Positions 7,901-15,552 of a DNA stretch of 32,000 nucleotides are shown here, in pieces. Numbering within the stretch: the stretch's first letter is position 1; every line of letters starts with the position of its first letter. A model generated the notes under the pieces. The model searched no databases and was not told the origin of the DNA. It saw only the letters and a program-made list of their open reading frames with translations. The stretch comes from Actinomycetota bacterium (GTDB taxonomy: Bacteria > Actinomycetota > Aquicultoria > Aquicultorales > Aquicultoraceae): contig JASEGT010000004.1 of assembly GCA_030018005.1 (NCBI GenBank), positions 7,198 to 39,197 on the forward strand, given 5' to 3'. Position numbers and translations under genes: made by a program.

Positions 7901-9818
7901 CGGAGCCGAGCGGACCCGGCCGGTAGAGCGCCAGCAGCGCGATGATATCGGTAAACGCGGTAGGCTGGAGGTCGCGCAGGAGCGCCCGCATCCCCGAACT
8001 CTCAAGTTGGAAAACGCCGGTGCTCTCGCCGCGCCTAAGCAACTCATACGTCTTCTCGTCGCCCAGCGGCAGCGTGTCGATATCGATATCGACACCATGT
8101 TTCATTTTTATGTTCTTAACGGCGTTATCTATGACCGTGAGCGTCCTCAGCCCGAGAAAGTCCATCTTCAGAAGGCCGATTTTCTCGATACATCCCATGC
8201 TGTATTGGGTGACTATCTCCGCGTCGCCTTTGCGCTGGATGGGGGTGCGGTTCGTCAACTCCTGGTCGGCGATGACGACACCGGCGGCATGTATGGAATC
8301 CTGGCGCACCAGGCCTTCAAGATTCTTGGCCATGTCGATGACGCGCTGCGTGAGCTCGTCGCTCTCATAGGCATCGCGCATCTCCTGCGACACTTTAAGC
8401 GCGGCATCAATCGTCCACTGCCTGCCCTCGAACAGCCCGTCGGGAATTAATTTCGCGATTTTGTCGACCCGCCCGTAAGGGATATCGAAGACCCGCCCTG
8501 CGTCGCGAATCGCGGCTTTGGCCGCCATGGTACCGAAGGTGATTATCTGCGCGACCTTGTCCTCGCCATATTTCTTCGTCACGTAATCTATTACTTCGGG
8601 GCGCCTCTCGAAACAAAAGTCGATATCGATATCGGGTAAGCTTATGCGCTCAGGATTCAAGAATCGCTCGAAGAGTAGGTTGTATTCCATCGGGTCGATA
8701 TTGGTGATTCTCAGGCTATAAGCGACGATACTGCCGGCGGCGGAGCCACGCCCCGGCCCCACCTTTATATCATTTGATTTTGCGTAATTTACGAAATCAT
8801 GAACGACTAGAAAGTAGCCGGGGAAACCCATCTGCTCGATGACGCCGATCTCGTATTCGAGGCGTTCCTTGTGTGCTTCCGTCGGGTTCGGGTAGCGCTT
8901 TGCAAACCCTTCGCGACATAACTTTTCGAAATACTCGTCGACCGTGTAACCCTCGGGAATCTCGTAGTTGGGCAGGAGATACTCCCCGAATTTTATCTCG
9001 ACGTTGCAGCGCTCCGCGATGCCGCACGTGTTTTGGAGCACTTCGGGGCGACCGGGGAAAAGCGCCGCCATCTCGGCTCCGCTTTTCAGGTAGAACTCGT
9101 CGGTCTCGAACTTCATCCGACCCGGCTCGGCCAGGGTTGAGCCGGTCTGGATGCAGAGTAAGACATCGTGGGCCTGCGCGTCATCCTGTTTCGTGTAGTG
9201 GATATCGTTTGTCGCGATAACCGGGATTCCCAGCTCATCGGAGAGCTTGAACATGCCGATGTTTACTTTTTTCTGCTCGGCAAGGCCATGGTCCTGGACT
9301 TCGAGATAGAAGTTACCCTCACCGAAAAGCTCATTGAAATAGAGCGCCTCTTCCTTGGCGGCCTCGTAGTCGTCCTGGTTGAGGTGGCGCGCGACCTGAC
9401 CGGCCAAACACGCTGAAGCCGCTATCAGGCCATCATGATACTGCGCGAGAAGCTCCTTGTCTACACGCGGCTTATAATAAAAACCCTCGAAAAAGCTTAA
9501 AGCCACGAGCTTCATGAGGTTTCGGTAGCCCTGCTCGTTTTCGGCGAGCAAAAGCAGGTGGGTATATGACTCAGTGCCCCTAGTCTTCTCAAAACGGCTG
9601 CCGGGCGCGACGTAGACCTCGCAGCCGATAATCGGTTTTACTCCCTGTTTCTGGGCTTCCTCAAAAAACTCGATGATGCCGTACATGACCCCGTGGTCGG
9701 TGAGCGCAATCGCACTCATGCCAAGCTCTTTAGCTTTACTGACCAGCTCTTTTACGCGGGATGCCCCATCGAGCAATGAAAACTCTGAGTGTGTATGTAG
9801 GTGGACGAAGTCTGCCAT
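4917..9818 (-). CDS. dnaE: DNA polymerase III alpha subunit DnaE, interrupted by an intein
   Basis: 1633-aa ORF. It has an N-terminal PHP domain (FVHLHTHSEFSLLDGA), polymerase core motifs (PDIDIDF, GLLKMDFLGLRTLT, ALYRPGP) and a C-terminal OB-fold region. AGGAG (9823-9827) lies upstream of the ATG at 9818. The extein is 1183 aa after removing 450 intein residues. Confidence 0.95.
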   Translation of the reverse strand: MADFVHLHTHSEFSLLDGASRVKELVSKAKELGMSAIALTDHGVMYGIIEFFEEAQKQGVKPIIGCEVYVAPGSRFEKTRGTESYTHLLLLAENEQGYRNLMKLVALSFFEGFYYKPRVDKELLAQYHDGLIAASACLAGQVARHLNQDDYEAAKEEALYFNELFGEGNFYLEVQDHGLAEQKKVNIGMFKLSDELGIPVIATNDIHYTKQDDAQAHDVLLCIQTGSTLAEPGRMKFETDEFYLKSGAEMAALFPGRPEVLQNTCGIAERCNVEIKFGEYLLPNYEIPEGYTVDEYFEKLCREGFAKRYPNPTEAHKERLEYEIGVIEQMGFPGYFLVVHDFVNYAKSNDIKVGPGRGSAAGSIVAYSLRITNIDPMEYNLLFERFLNPERISLPDIDIDFCFERRPEVIDYVTKKYGEDKVAQIITFGTMAAKAAIRDAGRVFDIPYGRVDKIAKLIPDGLFEGRQWTIDAALKVSQEMRDAYESDELTQRVIDMAKNLEGLVRQDSIHAAGVVIADQELTNRTPIQRKGDAEIVTQYSMGCIEKIGLLKMDFLGLRTLTVIDNAVKNIKMKHGVDIDIDTLPLGDEKTYELLRRGESTGVFQLESSGMRALLRDLQPTAFTDIIALLALYRPGPLGSGMVKDFVDRKHGRKPISHLHPMLEPILKETYGVMVYQEQVMLIASTMAGFSMGEGDTLRKAMGKKLPEVLAKFREKFISGSVDNGVDANLAGKIFDLIVHFAGYGFNKCVIGSTEIVDADSGRLVTVEHLFQTGKRINTLSCDSGYRIVKRSVIDCVTNGRKRVYRVRTRLGYEITVTDNHPFLTFDGWKELKDLAEGSRIATPRVMPNLGAASWPKHKLIVLAGVLAEGNTCHPSGFYYYNQNNLQVDDFVFSVERFDNTKATVRHRRNIFEVYAGTGQDATFKKGQTPWNKREKESGQAINGGNPRSGARLWLEELDLIGKNSLEKFIPADVFSLTPELVAVFIGRLWSGDGFLISTGTNKIPYYATSSKRMASQLQQLLLRFGIVSSLIEKVFKYRGQERLGYTLYLQGRDSISSFIENIGRHIIGRDEELAGLESYYSSLGEKFCRDTIPCDIKTIVQQEKARAGLSWRQIEHESGVCMKEFVGGLHAWKKGFGRGTVQRVAEYFESDELMKHAASDVYWDTIADIEYVGIEQTYDLEIEDTHNFVADGMIVHNSHSTAYAAISWQTAWLKANYPVEFMAALLTSIMGNKDKVAQYINECRRMGIEILPPDVNESYRDFTVVGKAIRFGLSAVRNVGEGVIEAIIREREENGLFRSIYDYCRRVDMNALNKRTIESLIKGGAFDSCKVSRRQLLLTFEKAVEMGARSQKDKAAGQFTIFDLGDSGDSGTVEAVNDPIDDIVPEFDKPELLLYEKEMLGLYVSDHPLLGVADEFLNQTEYSTSELKEQKDGTVAWVGGIIAKITKLTTKKGDLMLFLNVEDLDGSVEVIVFPAVYDKFKDILAEDKIILIKGRLDIKEDEIKVISLEIREFDAKTGGKAANRRKVKPNGNGNGNGNGCGSGASNGASNGKKLNGNTALVLTVSKSMMTAQFLGRLKEILRTQPGPVPVFLKLQNGGEPTILALAPEYNISPQNGLFAELKELCGEGAVNIE
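5202..5231 (-). repeat. In-frame hexanucleotide repeat encoding a (Gly-Asn)n linker in DnaE
   Basis: Plus-strand units are gccgtt/accatt/gccgtt/gccgtt/gccgtt; the coding strand reads AACGGC x3, AATGGT, AACGGC. This encodes PNGNGNGNGNGCGSGASNGASNG. Confidence 0.7.
6228..7577 (-). mobile_element. Class-1 intein with LAGLIDADG homing endonuclease, inserted in dnaE (aa 748-1197)
   Basis: It interrupts HFAGYGFNK | SHSTAYAAISWQ. It starts CVIGSTEIV (Cys1, codon 7577-7575). Block B is TVTDNHPF. LAGLIDADG-like motifs are LIVLAGVLAEGNT and VAVFIGRLWSGDGFLIS. It ends THNFVADGMIVHN (Asn codon 6230-6228), followed by Ser+1. Confidence 0.85.
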
Positions 9819-9858
9819 GCCGCTCCTTGCGCTAGCCCGTTGTTGAAGTTTGAGTCAA

Positions 9859-9886
9859 TTATACCCCAGTATGTGAAGGCAGCAAG
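9859..9886 (-). promoter_or_regulatory. Candidate promoter of dnaE
   Basis: On the minus strand: TTGCTG (9886-9881), 16-nt spacer, TATAAT (9864-9859), about 40 nt upstream of the dnaE ATG. Pattern match only. Confidence 0.25.
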
Positions 9887-10095
9887 GGCGCTCCGTGCGC
9901 AAGGCCTCCATCCCGAACAGGGCAAAGCCGAACGGTCGATTCATTTAGCTGCGGTATTATAATCGGGTCGATTATTTCTTGGATTCCTCGAACCAGATGA
10001 GAATGTTTTCGAGCAGGCGGCGATTGCTTGCCGGCTCTATGGCCTTGTTGGATGGGATAACTATATGTAAATAATGCTTAGGAAATCATACGCAC

Positions 10096-11625
10096 ATGTA
10101 CTATAATAAAGGTATGTTCCAATTGCATAGCGATACATCGAAGCTAGCCCCCTTCACGTACAGCTTGCGCTCGCGCTTGCTGTTATTGCTGGTGGTCATG
10201 CTTCTTCCGTTAATACTGTTCTCCGTCTACCAGGCGTACCTCAGTTACGAGCAGCTCACAACGCAAATACTCGCTGACAACGCTCGTGATGCGAAAGAGG
10301 TAGGCAACAACATCGACGAGCTGATTCAATCAACCGCCGACCTGCTCGTCGCCATCTCAAGCAGCCAGCCGGCGCAAGAGCAGAACTTCGGCGAACTCAA
10401 ACAGTGGTTTGCCACCGTCGCCAAGAAATACCCCTACTATAAAAACATCATCTATGTCGACCTCGACGGGAACATCCGGGCAGCCGCATACACTTATACA
10501 AAGAAAGACGGGAAGATAATCGCCAACGTTAGCAATACCGCTTATTATAAGCGCTCGCTTACCGCGGACAGGCTCGCCTATGGCGACTTCATGCTCGGCA
10601 TCTTAAGCAATAAACCCGTAATCCATATAACCTATCCGGTCGAGAAAGGCGGCGAGAAGGTAGGCTTCGTTGCGGTCGCGTTCGACCTCGCCCGGCTACA
10701 AGAGCGAATCGTGACCTCGAATATCACCGAAGGCTCAGAAATATCCGTCTTCGACCAAAACGGCACGGTCATCGCTCGAACGCTCGATCCGAGCCAGTGG
10801 GTTGGCAAATGTTTTAAAACCAGCGATATTTTCGCATCGGCAGCCGGCGGTAAGAAGAACTTAACCGCTCCCGGCCCCGACGGCATCGTGCGGCTTATGA
10901 CCTTCCAGAGGACCGATATGACGCCCTGGGTTGTGACGGTCTGCTACGAGGAGGCCGCCATCAGAAAATTGGCGACAAACAACCTTCTCAACAAACTCAT
11001 ACTCTTTGTGCCGCTGCTTCTTGTCGCGCTCTTCGGCTGGCTCTGGATAGGCCGCGATGTCGACAAGCGCTACAAAGAAGCCCGTCGCTTGAGTCTGACA
11101 GACCCCAAGACCGGCCTCGGCAGTTTCCTGAAATTCAACCACGACTTGGAGCAAGATATTGCGCGCGCTAAGCTCCACATGCAATCCATGGCACTCCTAG
11201 TTCTGGGCGTGCAGGGACTACGCGAGATGAAACAGGGTGTGGCCTACGAATATGGCAACGAGGTGCTTATAGGAATAGCGGATATCATCCGCAATAACCT
11301 GAGCGACACCGATTTCGCCTACCGTTTCGATAGCGATGAGATAAGCGTTCTCTTGACCTCGACCGACGAATTCGACGCCTACGAGTTCGCCCAGCACGTA
11401 ACCGATGATATAGAAAGAAGCGCTTTGCTTAAAAAGCATGATTGGAACGAGCAGCTCGACATCGCTATCGGTATTGCGGTCTATCCGCTCGACGCATCCA
11501 CGGCAGACTGCATCGTCCTGTGCGCAACCGAGGCGCTCCATGACGCTAAAGCCTCCGTGCACACCAAAATATTTGCCTATTCGCAGACGCAAAGGCCTCC
11601 GAAGATAAAAGAGACCGCCGGCTGA
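10096..11625 (+). CDS. Membrane sensor protein: two TM helices, Cache-like periplasmic domain and a degenerate GGDEF domain
   Basis: 509-aa ORF. TM1 is LLLLLVVMLLPLILFSVY and TM2 is LILFVPLLLVALFGWLWIG. The region between them has Cache-like stretches (YKNIIYVDLDGNIRAAA, KPVIHITYPV, ISVFDQNGTVIART). The C-terminal domain aligns to GGDEF (LTDPKTGLGSF ... YRFDSDEISVLL ... IAIGIAVYP) but has FDSDE in place of GGDEF. Confidence 0.8.
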   Translation: MYYNKGMFQLHSDTSKLAPFTYSLRSRLLLLLVVMLLPLILFSVYQAYLSYEQLTTQILADNARDAKEVGNNIDELIQSTADLLVAISSSQPAQEQNFGELKQWFATVAKKYPYYKNIIYVDLDGNIRAAAYTYTKKDGKIIANVSNTAYYKRSLTADRLAYGDFMLGILSNKPVIHITYPVEKGGEKVGFVAVAFDLARLQERIVTSNITEGSEISVFDQNGTVIARTLDPSQWVGKCFKTSDIFASAAGGKKNLTAPGPDGIVRLMTFQRTDMTPWVVTVCYEEAAIRKLATNNLLNKLILFVPLLLVALFGWLWIGRDVDKRYKEARRLSLTDPKTGLGSFLKFNHDLEQDIARAKLHMQSMALLVLGVQGLREMKQGVAYEYGNEVLIGIADIIRNNLSDTDFAYRFDSDEISVLLTSTDEFDAYEFAQHVTDDIERSALLKKHDWNEQLDIAIGIAVYPLDASTADCIVLCATEALHDAKASVHTKIFAYSQTQRPPKIKETAG

Positions 11626-11742
11626 CGGTAGAACATAAGCGCCCCGTGCAGGGCAAGCACATTAACGCCATAATTCTCTTCAGCCTGGTGCCTGAGACCT
11701 AAGCCGAAGAAATTGAGATGCGCATCTTCACCTAGCAACCTG

Positions 11743-12720
11743 CTACCACCCGAGAATACACGCGAACATCAACGGCGCGACGATGGTCGCGTCACTCTCG
11801 ACGACGAACTTCGGCGTATCGGCCTCGAGTTTGCCCCAGGTTATCTTCTCGTTGGGGACCGCGCCCGAGTACGAGCCGTAACTAGTCGTCGAGTCGCTTA
11901 TCTGGCAGAAATATCCCCACACTGGTGTGTCGAGCTTCTTGAGGTCCTGGGTGAGCATGGGAACGACGCATATCGGGAAATCCCCAGCAATGCCGCCACC
12001 TATCTGGTAAAATCCGATGGACGCGTCCCGTGACATCTTCGTGTACCAGCCGGCGAACTCTATCATATACTCGATGCCGGTCTTCACGATATGTACGTCC
12101 TTTGTCTCGCCTATCATAACGCTGGCGGCAAACATATTGCCGAGAGTGGAGTCTTCCCAGCCGGGCACGATTATCGGGAGGTCCTTCTCCATCGCGGCGT
12201 AGAGCCAGCTGTCTTTGGTATCTATCTGATAATATTCTTTGAGCACGTCGCTCCGGAGCAGCTCGTAGAAATACTCGTGCGGGAAGAGACGTTTGCCCTG
12301 CTCGGCTGCCTCATCCCAAAGCTTGAACATGGCGCGCTCTATCCGGCGCATCGCCTCCTCTTCCGGGATACAGGTGTCAGTGACGCGGTTGAGGTGGCGA
12401 TCGAGCAGCGCCTGTTCGTCAGCCGGCGTCAAATCCCTGTAATGGGGCACGCGCTCGTAGTACTCATGGGCGACCAGGTTGTAGACATCTTCCTCGAGGT
12501 TGGCGCCGGTACAGGAGATGGTGTGTACCTTATCCCGGCGAATCATCTCCGCGAGTGAGAGGCCGAGTTCGGCCGTGCTCATCGCGCCGGCAAGCGTTAC
12601 CATCATCTTGCCGCCTTTCTCTAGGTGCTCCACGTATGCTTTTGACGCGTCGACTAGGGCCGCGGCATTGAAATGCCGGTAATGGTGCTCTATAAACCGG
12701 CTAATTGGGCCTCTGGACAT
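11743..12720 (-). CDS. Deoxyhypusine synthase-like (homospermidine/deoxyhypusine synthase family) protein
   Basis: 325-aa ORF. FNAAALVDA, TLAGAMSTAELG, ISCTGANLEEDV and the C-terminal VESDATIVAPL pattern are typical of the bacterial DHS-like family. A strong SD, GGAGGGG (12725-12731), lies upstream of the ATG at 12720. Confidence 0.8.
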   Translation of the reverse strand: MSRGPISRFIEHHYRHFNAAALVDASKAYVEHLEKGGKMMVTLAGAMSTAELGLSLAEMIRRDKVHTISCTGANLEEDVYNLVAHEYYERVPHYRDLTPADEQALLDRHLNRVTDTCIPEEEAMRRIERAMFKLWDEAAEQGKRLFPHEYFYELLRSDVLKEYYQIDTKDSWLYAAMEKDLPIIVPGWEDSTLGNMFAASVMIGETKDVHIVKTGIEYMIEFAGWYTKMSRDASIGFYQIGGGIAGDFPICVVPMLTQDLKKLDTPVWGYFCQISDSTTSYGSYSGAVPNEKITWGKLEADTPKFVVESDATIVAPLMFACILGW

Positions 12721-12796
12721 GTATCCCCTCCTTGTCTCATATACCTAAGCTCAAAACTTTACTATGCAATCCCTCTGAAAGCAATCATGACACATA

Positions 12797-13558
12797 TTAC
12801 TTATGCTCTATTAACTTCAGAAGCTCGTCATCCGGGCCATAGCGGACTACTTCGATGCGAGGTGCGCGCTGGGCGACTAGGTCACCAGTCATCACAGGTA
12901 GCTGGAACGGGAACAAGGCTGGGGTGTTCATAAGTAGGCCCATTGTACTTTTCCCCTCAGGTATGGCCTGTAATGCGCCCTCAAGAAGCAGCATAGCCAA
13001 ATCTATATCCCGAACAATGATCGGGTTGGCTTTCTCATAGCTTCCCTTGAATTCCGAATCTTTAAGGACACCCCAAGCAACAAATGATCGAATGACGTAT
13101 CGAGTATAGCGACTTATCGTTTCTCTATCACCATACTGTTCCTTGAGCCTACCGACAATCTGCTGATGGGTGACTTGTTCCTGGAGATTAAGCAAACGCC
13201 CTATCTGACGAGCAACGTTAAACCAAAACGGATATGCGGGCGAGATCATCGCCCAGTGCAACAACAAGCGGTTTTTAACTTTATTTGACCTCGCAATTTC
13301 AAGTGCTGCATCTCGTAGAGGGATAAGTGCTGCATCTGGACTAAACCACGCATTAGCCAAAGGGCCTATGGCCATAACGTAAGTTTTTTCGCCACGCTGA
13401 CCGCTGCCACCGCTTTGCTTTTTATCAGCAAGGTACTCCTTCAATTCCGACCGAACAGTTGTCGGATTCATACCTGCTAGGAGCATATCAAGCGTTTTTT
13501 CCATCCATTCAAGACGAATTACTTGTTTAATGCCAACCTTGTCGTGACGCTTGGCCAT
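12797..13558 (-). CDS. Hypothetical helical protein, last gene of the defence operon (possibly BrxA/DUF1819-like)
   Basis: 253-aa ORF. Its ATG (13558-13556) overlaps the pglZ TAA (TAATG). The sequence is helix-rich (LEWMEKTLDMLLAGMNPTTVRSELKEYL; LLLHWAMISPAYPFWFNVARQIGRLL). The functional label is only an impression of similarity in organisation to BrxA. Confidence 0.65.
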   Translation of the reverse strand: MAKRHDKVGIKQVIRLEWMEKTLDMLLAGMNPTTVRSELKEYLADKKQSGGSGQRGEKTYVMAIGPLANAWFSPDAALIPLRDAALEIARSNKVKNRLLLHWAMISPAYPFWFNVARQIGRLLNLQEQVTHQQIVGRLKEQYGDRETISRYTRYVIRSFVAWGVLKDSEFKGSYEKANPIIVRDIDLAMLLLEGALQAIPEGKSTMGLLMNTPALFPFQLPVMTGDLVAQRAPRIEVVRYGPDDELLKLIEHK

Positions 13559-15552
13559 TACCGCGCCCTCCGTTCGAATTTCACCAAGGGCACGATGACC
13601 TCTTCTAGGGATATGCCGCCATGGCCAACGGTCACTTCGTCTTCTTTGATAAAGGCATCACTCCCGTCAGCGACTAGCGGATAATAGCCTGATGGCAAGC
13701 CAACGGGCTCCCATTCCCTAGCAGACGTGAATGACTTGGCGACGGAGGCTCGAAGCTCTGCCGTTGGATATACTCGAGCCCGCTCACCGCGAGTCTCTGC
13801 TATAACGCCTTCTGACGGGCGACCAATCCCCCGGCACTCGATGTTGCCGTGGTCAGATGTCAGCCACACTAGACAATCATTCTTCAGAAGGTGCCCGATG
13901 AGTGTAGATAAGAATCCTTCTTTGCACCATTGCTTGATTTGGTTATGCATGCCGGCGGCCCCAAGCTGCATTCCATGCATAATTTTATCAACCTTGTCTA
14001 CAACCAAACCGATGGCCTTGGTCCGACCGGGATTTAGTGCGGCTTCGAGGGCGTCGGCAACGTCACCGTCTCCCAACCCACGTTGGTAACCGACGTCTAA
14101 CCGCGAAAGTCCGGCTCCTTCCCAGAATTGCCGCCAAAGATTGCCTTCGTTGTTTGTCGTATTGATCGACGAGGGATAGAAGATAGGCGGCTTCCCCGCG
14201 AATATCGCCTGTCTGGACACCGAAGTGAGCGTGGGAATCCAGGCAAAGGTTGCCGATTCCCGCATCACTAAGCTACGATCCTGTTCGCGCAGGATTTGAC
14301 GGATGGTCACCCACTGGTCTAGCGAGAGCCCGTCCACGACGATTAAGGCTACGCGAGCGCTTGGCTTGTCCTCAAGTTCTCGCACCAAACGACGCGGGAT
14401 ATGATGAAGCATGACCGGATTCGTTGGAGGGAGATTAATCAGGCTTGCATAATGGCCGTTCAGCCATTCCGCAAAAGCGTCATTGAGCGTGCCGCCGATT
14501 TGGCGGAAACGAGCCTGCTCGCTCTCCCGGCAACCGGCATGGACGAGAGCGCCTAGCTCAGCCCATTTCATGGCAAATGCCAGCCAATCTGAGTACCGCG
14601 CTTCTGCGGTCGGAACTGCCTTCTCAACGAGTTCGAGAAGGCGACTTATGCGGATATCGTCATCGGCAGCGCTTGTCTCGGCGAGTCCGCTTCGAATCCA
14701 GGAATGCGCCTCAACACTGATTTCAGGATGCCGAACAGGTTTGAGTTTCCCCTCGACAAACAGATTGTCGATGTAGACGCGGATATCTTCATGACCAAAA
14801 GGTAGTACATCCGGTCCGGGATATTTGAGCCCGTACTCGGATGTCTCCTCACATACCAAGTCATCAGAAGTGACACTACCCAGAAATACCGGCCATCTTT
14901 CCTGTAGGAATAAGAAAAATGCTTCCTCGTCGGGCACAATCTCTATCAATGGCCAGTTTTGAAAGTCGCCATGAGCATTAAGTACCTGTATCAATCGGGC
15001 ACACAGCAGCTCCGGGATGTCGAGCTTGTTGTAGTGGAGCCTGAGTAGTACCCGAAGCAGTTCAACCTCATTGCCGATGAGTTCCGCCGCAATGCCGAAC
15101 ACATGACGAAGAATGAAGTCTTTGGTGGCATTGTCACCCATGCGCTCCGGGGGAGATTTTTTCTGGGCATCGAACAGAGCATCCAGGAAACTGCGGTCCA
15201 GCTTCTCGACAACCGGATAGCTCAGGTTGGGGAAAAGGCCTCCGAGGTCGAACGCGAGCTTTCTGCCCGCCCTCAAAAGGTCGTAAGGCAAAGCGTCGAG
15301 TTCCGAGTCCCTCAAGCGGAGGATTACCACCAAATCGGTGTGTTCGCCCCGGTCCCAGATTGCCCGATACTTCGATTCATAAGCATAGCGAAACTCGACC
15401 GGATCATCGAATTCAATCAGGTCAAAACCGCGATTACGAAGCTCAAGTGCGAGCTTCTCCTCAGTCAACAAGGCGTCCGGGTCAGCCACCAGCGTCAGCT
15501 TGCTGACATGCGGCACAAAATCGTTCAGAATGGCATCCCGCCAGCTACTCAT
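13558..15552 (-). CDS. pglZ: PglZ-domain (alkaline-phosphatase superfamily) protein
   Basis: Hallmark PglZ motifs are present: ALIVVDGLSLDQW, IPTLTSVSRQAIFAG, VWLTSDHGN and VGHGGISLEEVIVPL. The track start (15567) is a TTG. The ATG at 15552 is preceded by GGAGG (15558-15562, 5-nt spacer), so I use 15552 (664 aa). It overlaps the helicase 3' end by 8 nt. Confidence 0.88.
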   Translation of the reverse strand: MSSWRDAILNDFVPHVSKLTLVADPDALLTEEKLALELRNRGFDLIEFDDPVEFRYAYESKYRAIWDRGEHTDLVVILRLRDSELDALPYDLLRAGRKLAFDLGGLFPNLSYPVVEKLDRSFLDALFDAQKKSPPERMGDNATKDFILRHVFGIAAELIGNEVELLRVLLRLHYNKLDIPELLCARLIQVLNAHGDFQNWPLIEIVPDEEAFFLFLQERWPVFLGSVTSDDLVCEETSEYGLKYPGPDVLPFGHEDIRVYIDNLFVEGKLKPVRHPEISVEAHSWIRSGLAETSAADDDIRISRLLELVEKAVPTAEARYSDWLAFAMKWAELGALVHAGCRESEQARFRQIGGTLNDAFAEWLNGHYASLINLPPTNPVMLHHIPRRLVRELEDKPSARVALIVVDGLSLDQWVTIRQILREQDRSLVMRESATFAWIPTLTSVSRQAIFAGKPPIFYPSSINTTNNEGNLWRQFWEGAGLSRLDVGYQRGLGDGDVADALEAALNPGRTKAIGLVVDKVDKIMHGMQLGAAGMHNQIKQWCKEGFLSTLIGHLLKNDCLVWLTSDHGNIECRGIGRPSEGVIAETRGERARVYPTAELRASVAKSFTSAREWEPVGLPSGYYPLVADGSDAFIKEDEVTVGHGGISLEEVIVPLVKFERRAR

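Noticed and set aside
11716-11727. Perfect 12-bp palindrome agatgcgcatct in the convergent gap between the GGDEF-like gene and the DHS-like gene
   Set aside because: It is too short and has no loop, so it cannot be called a terminator. A single occurrence gives no evidence for a binding site.
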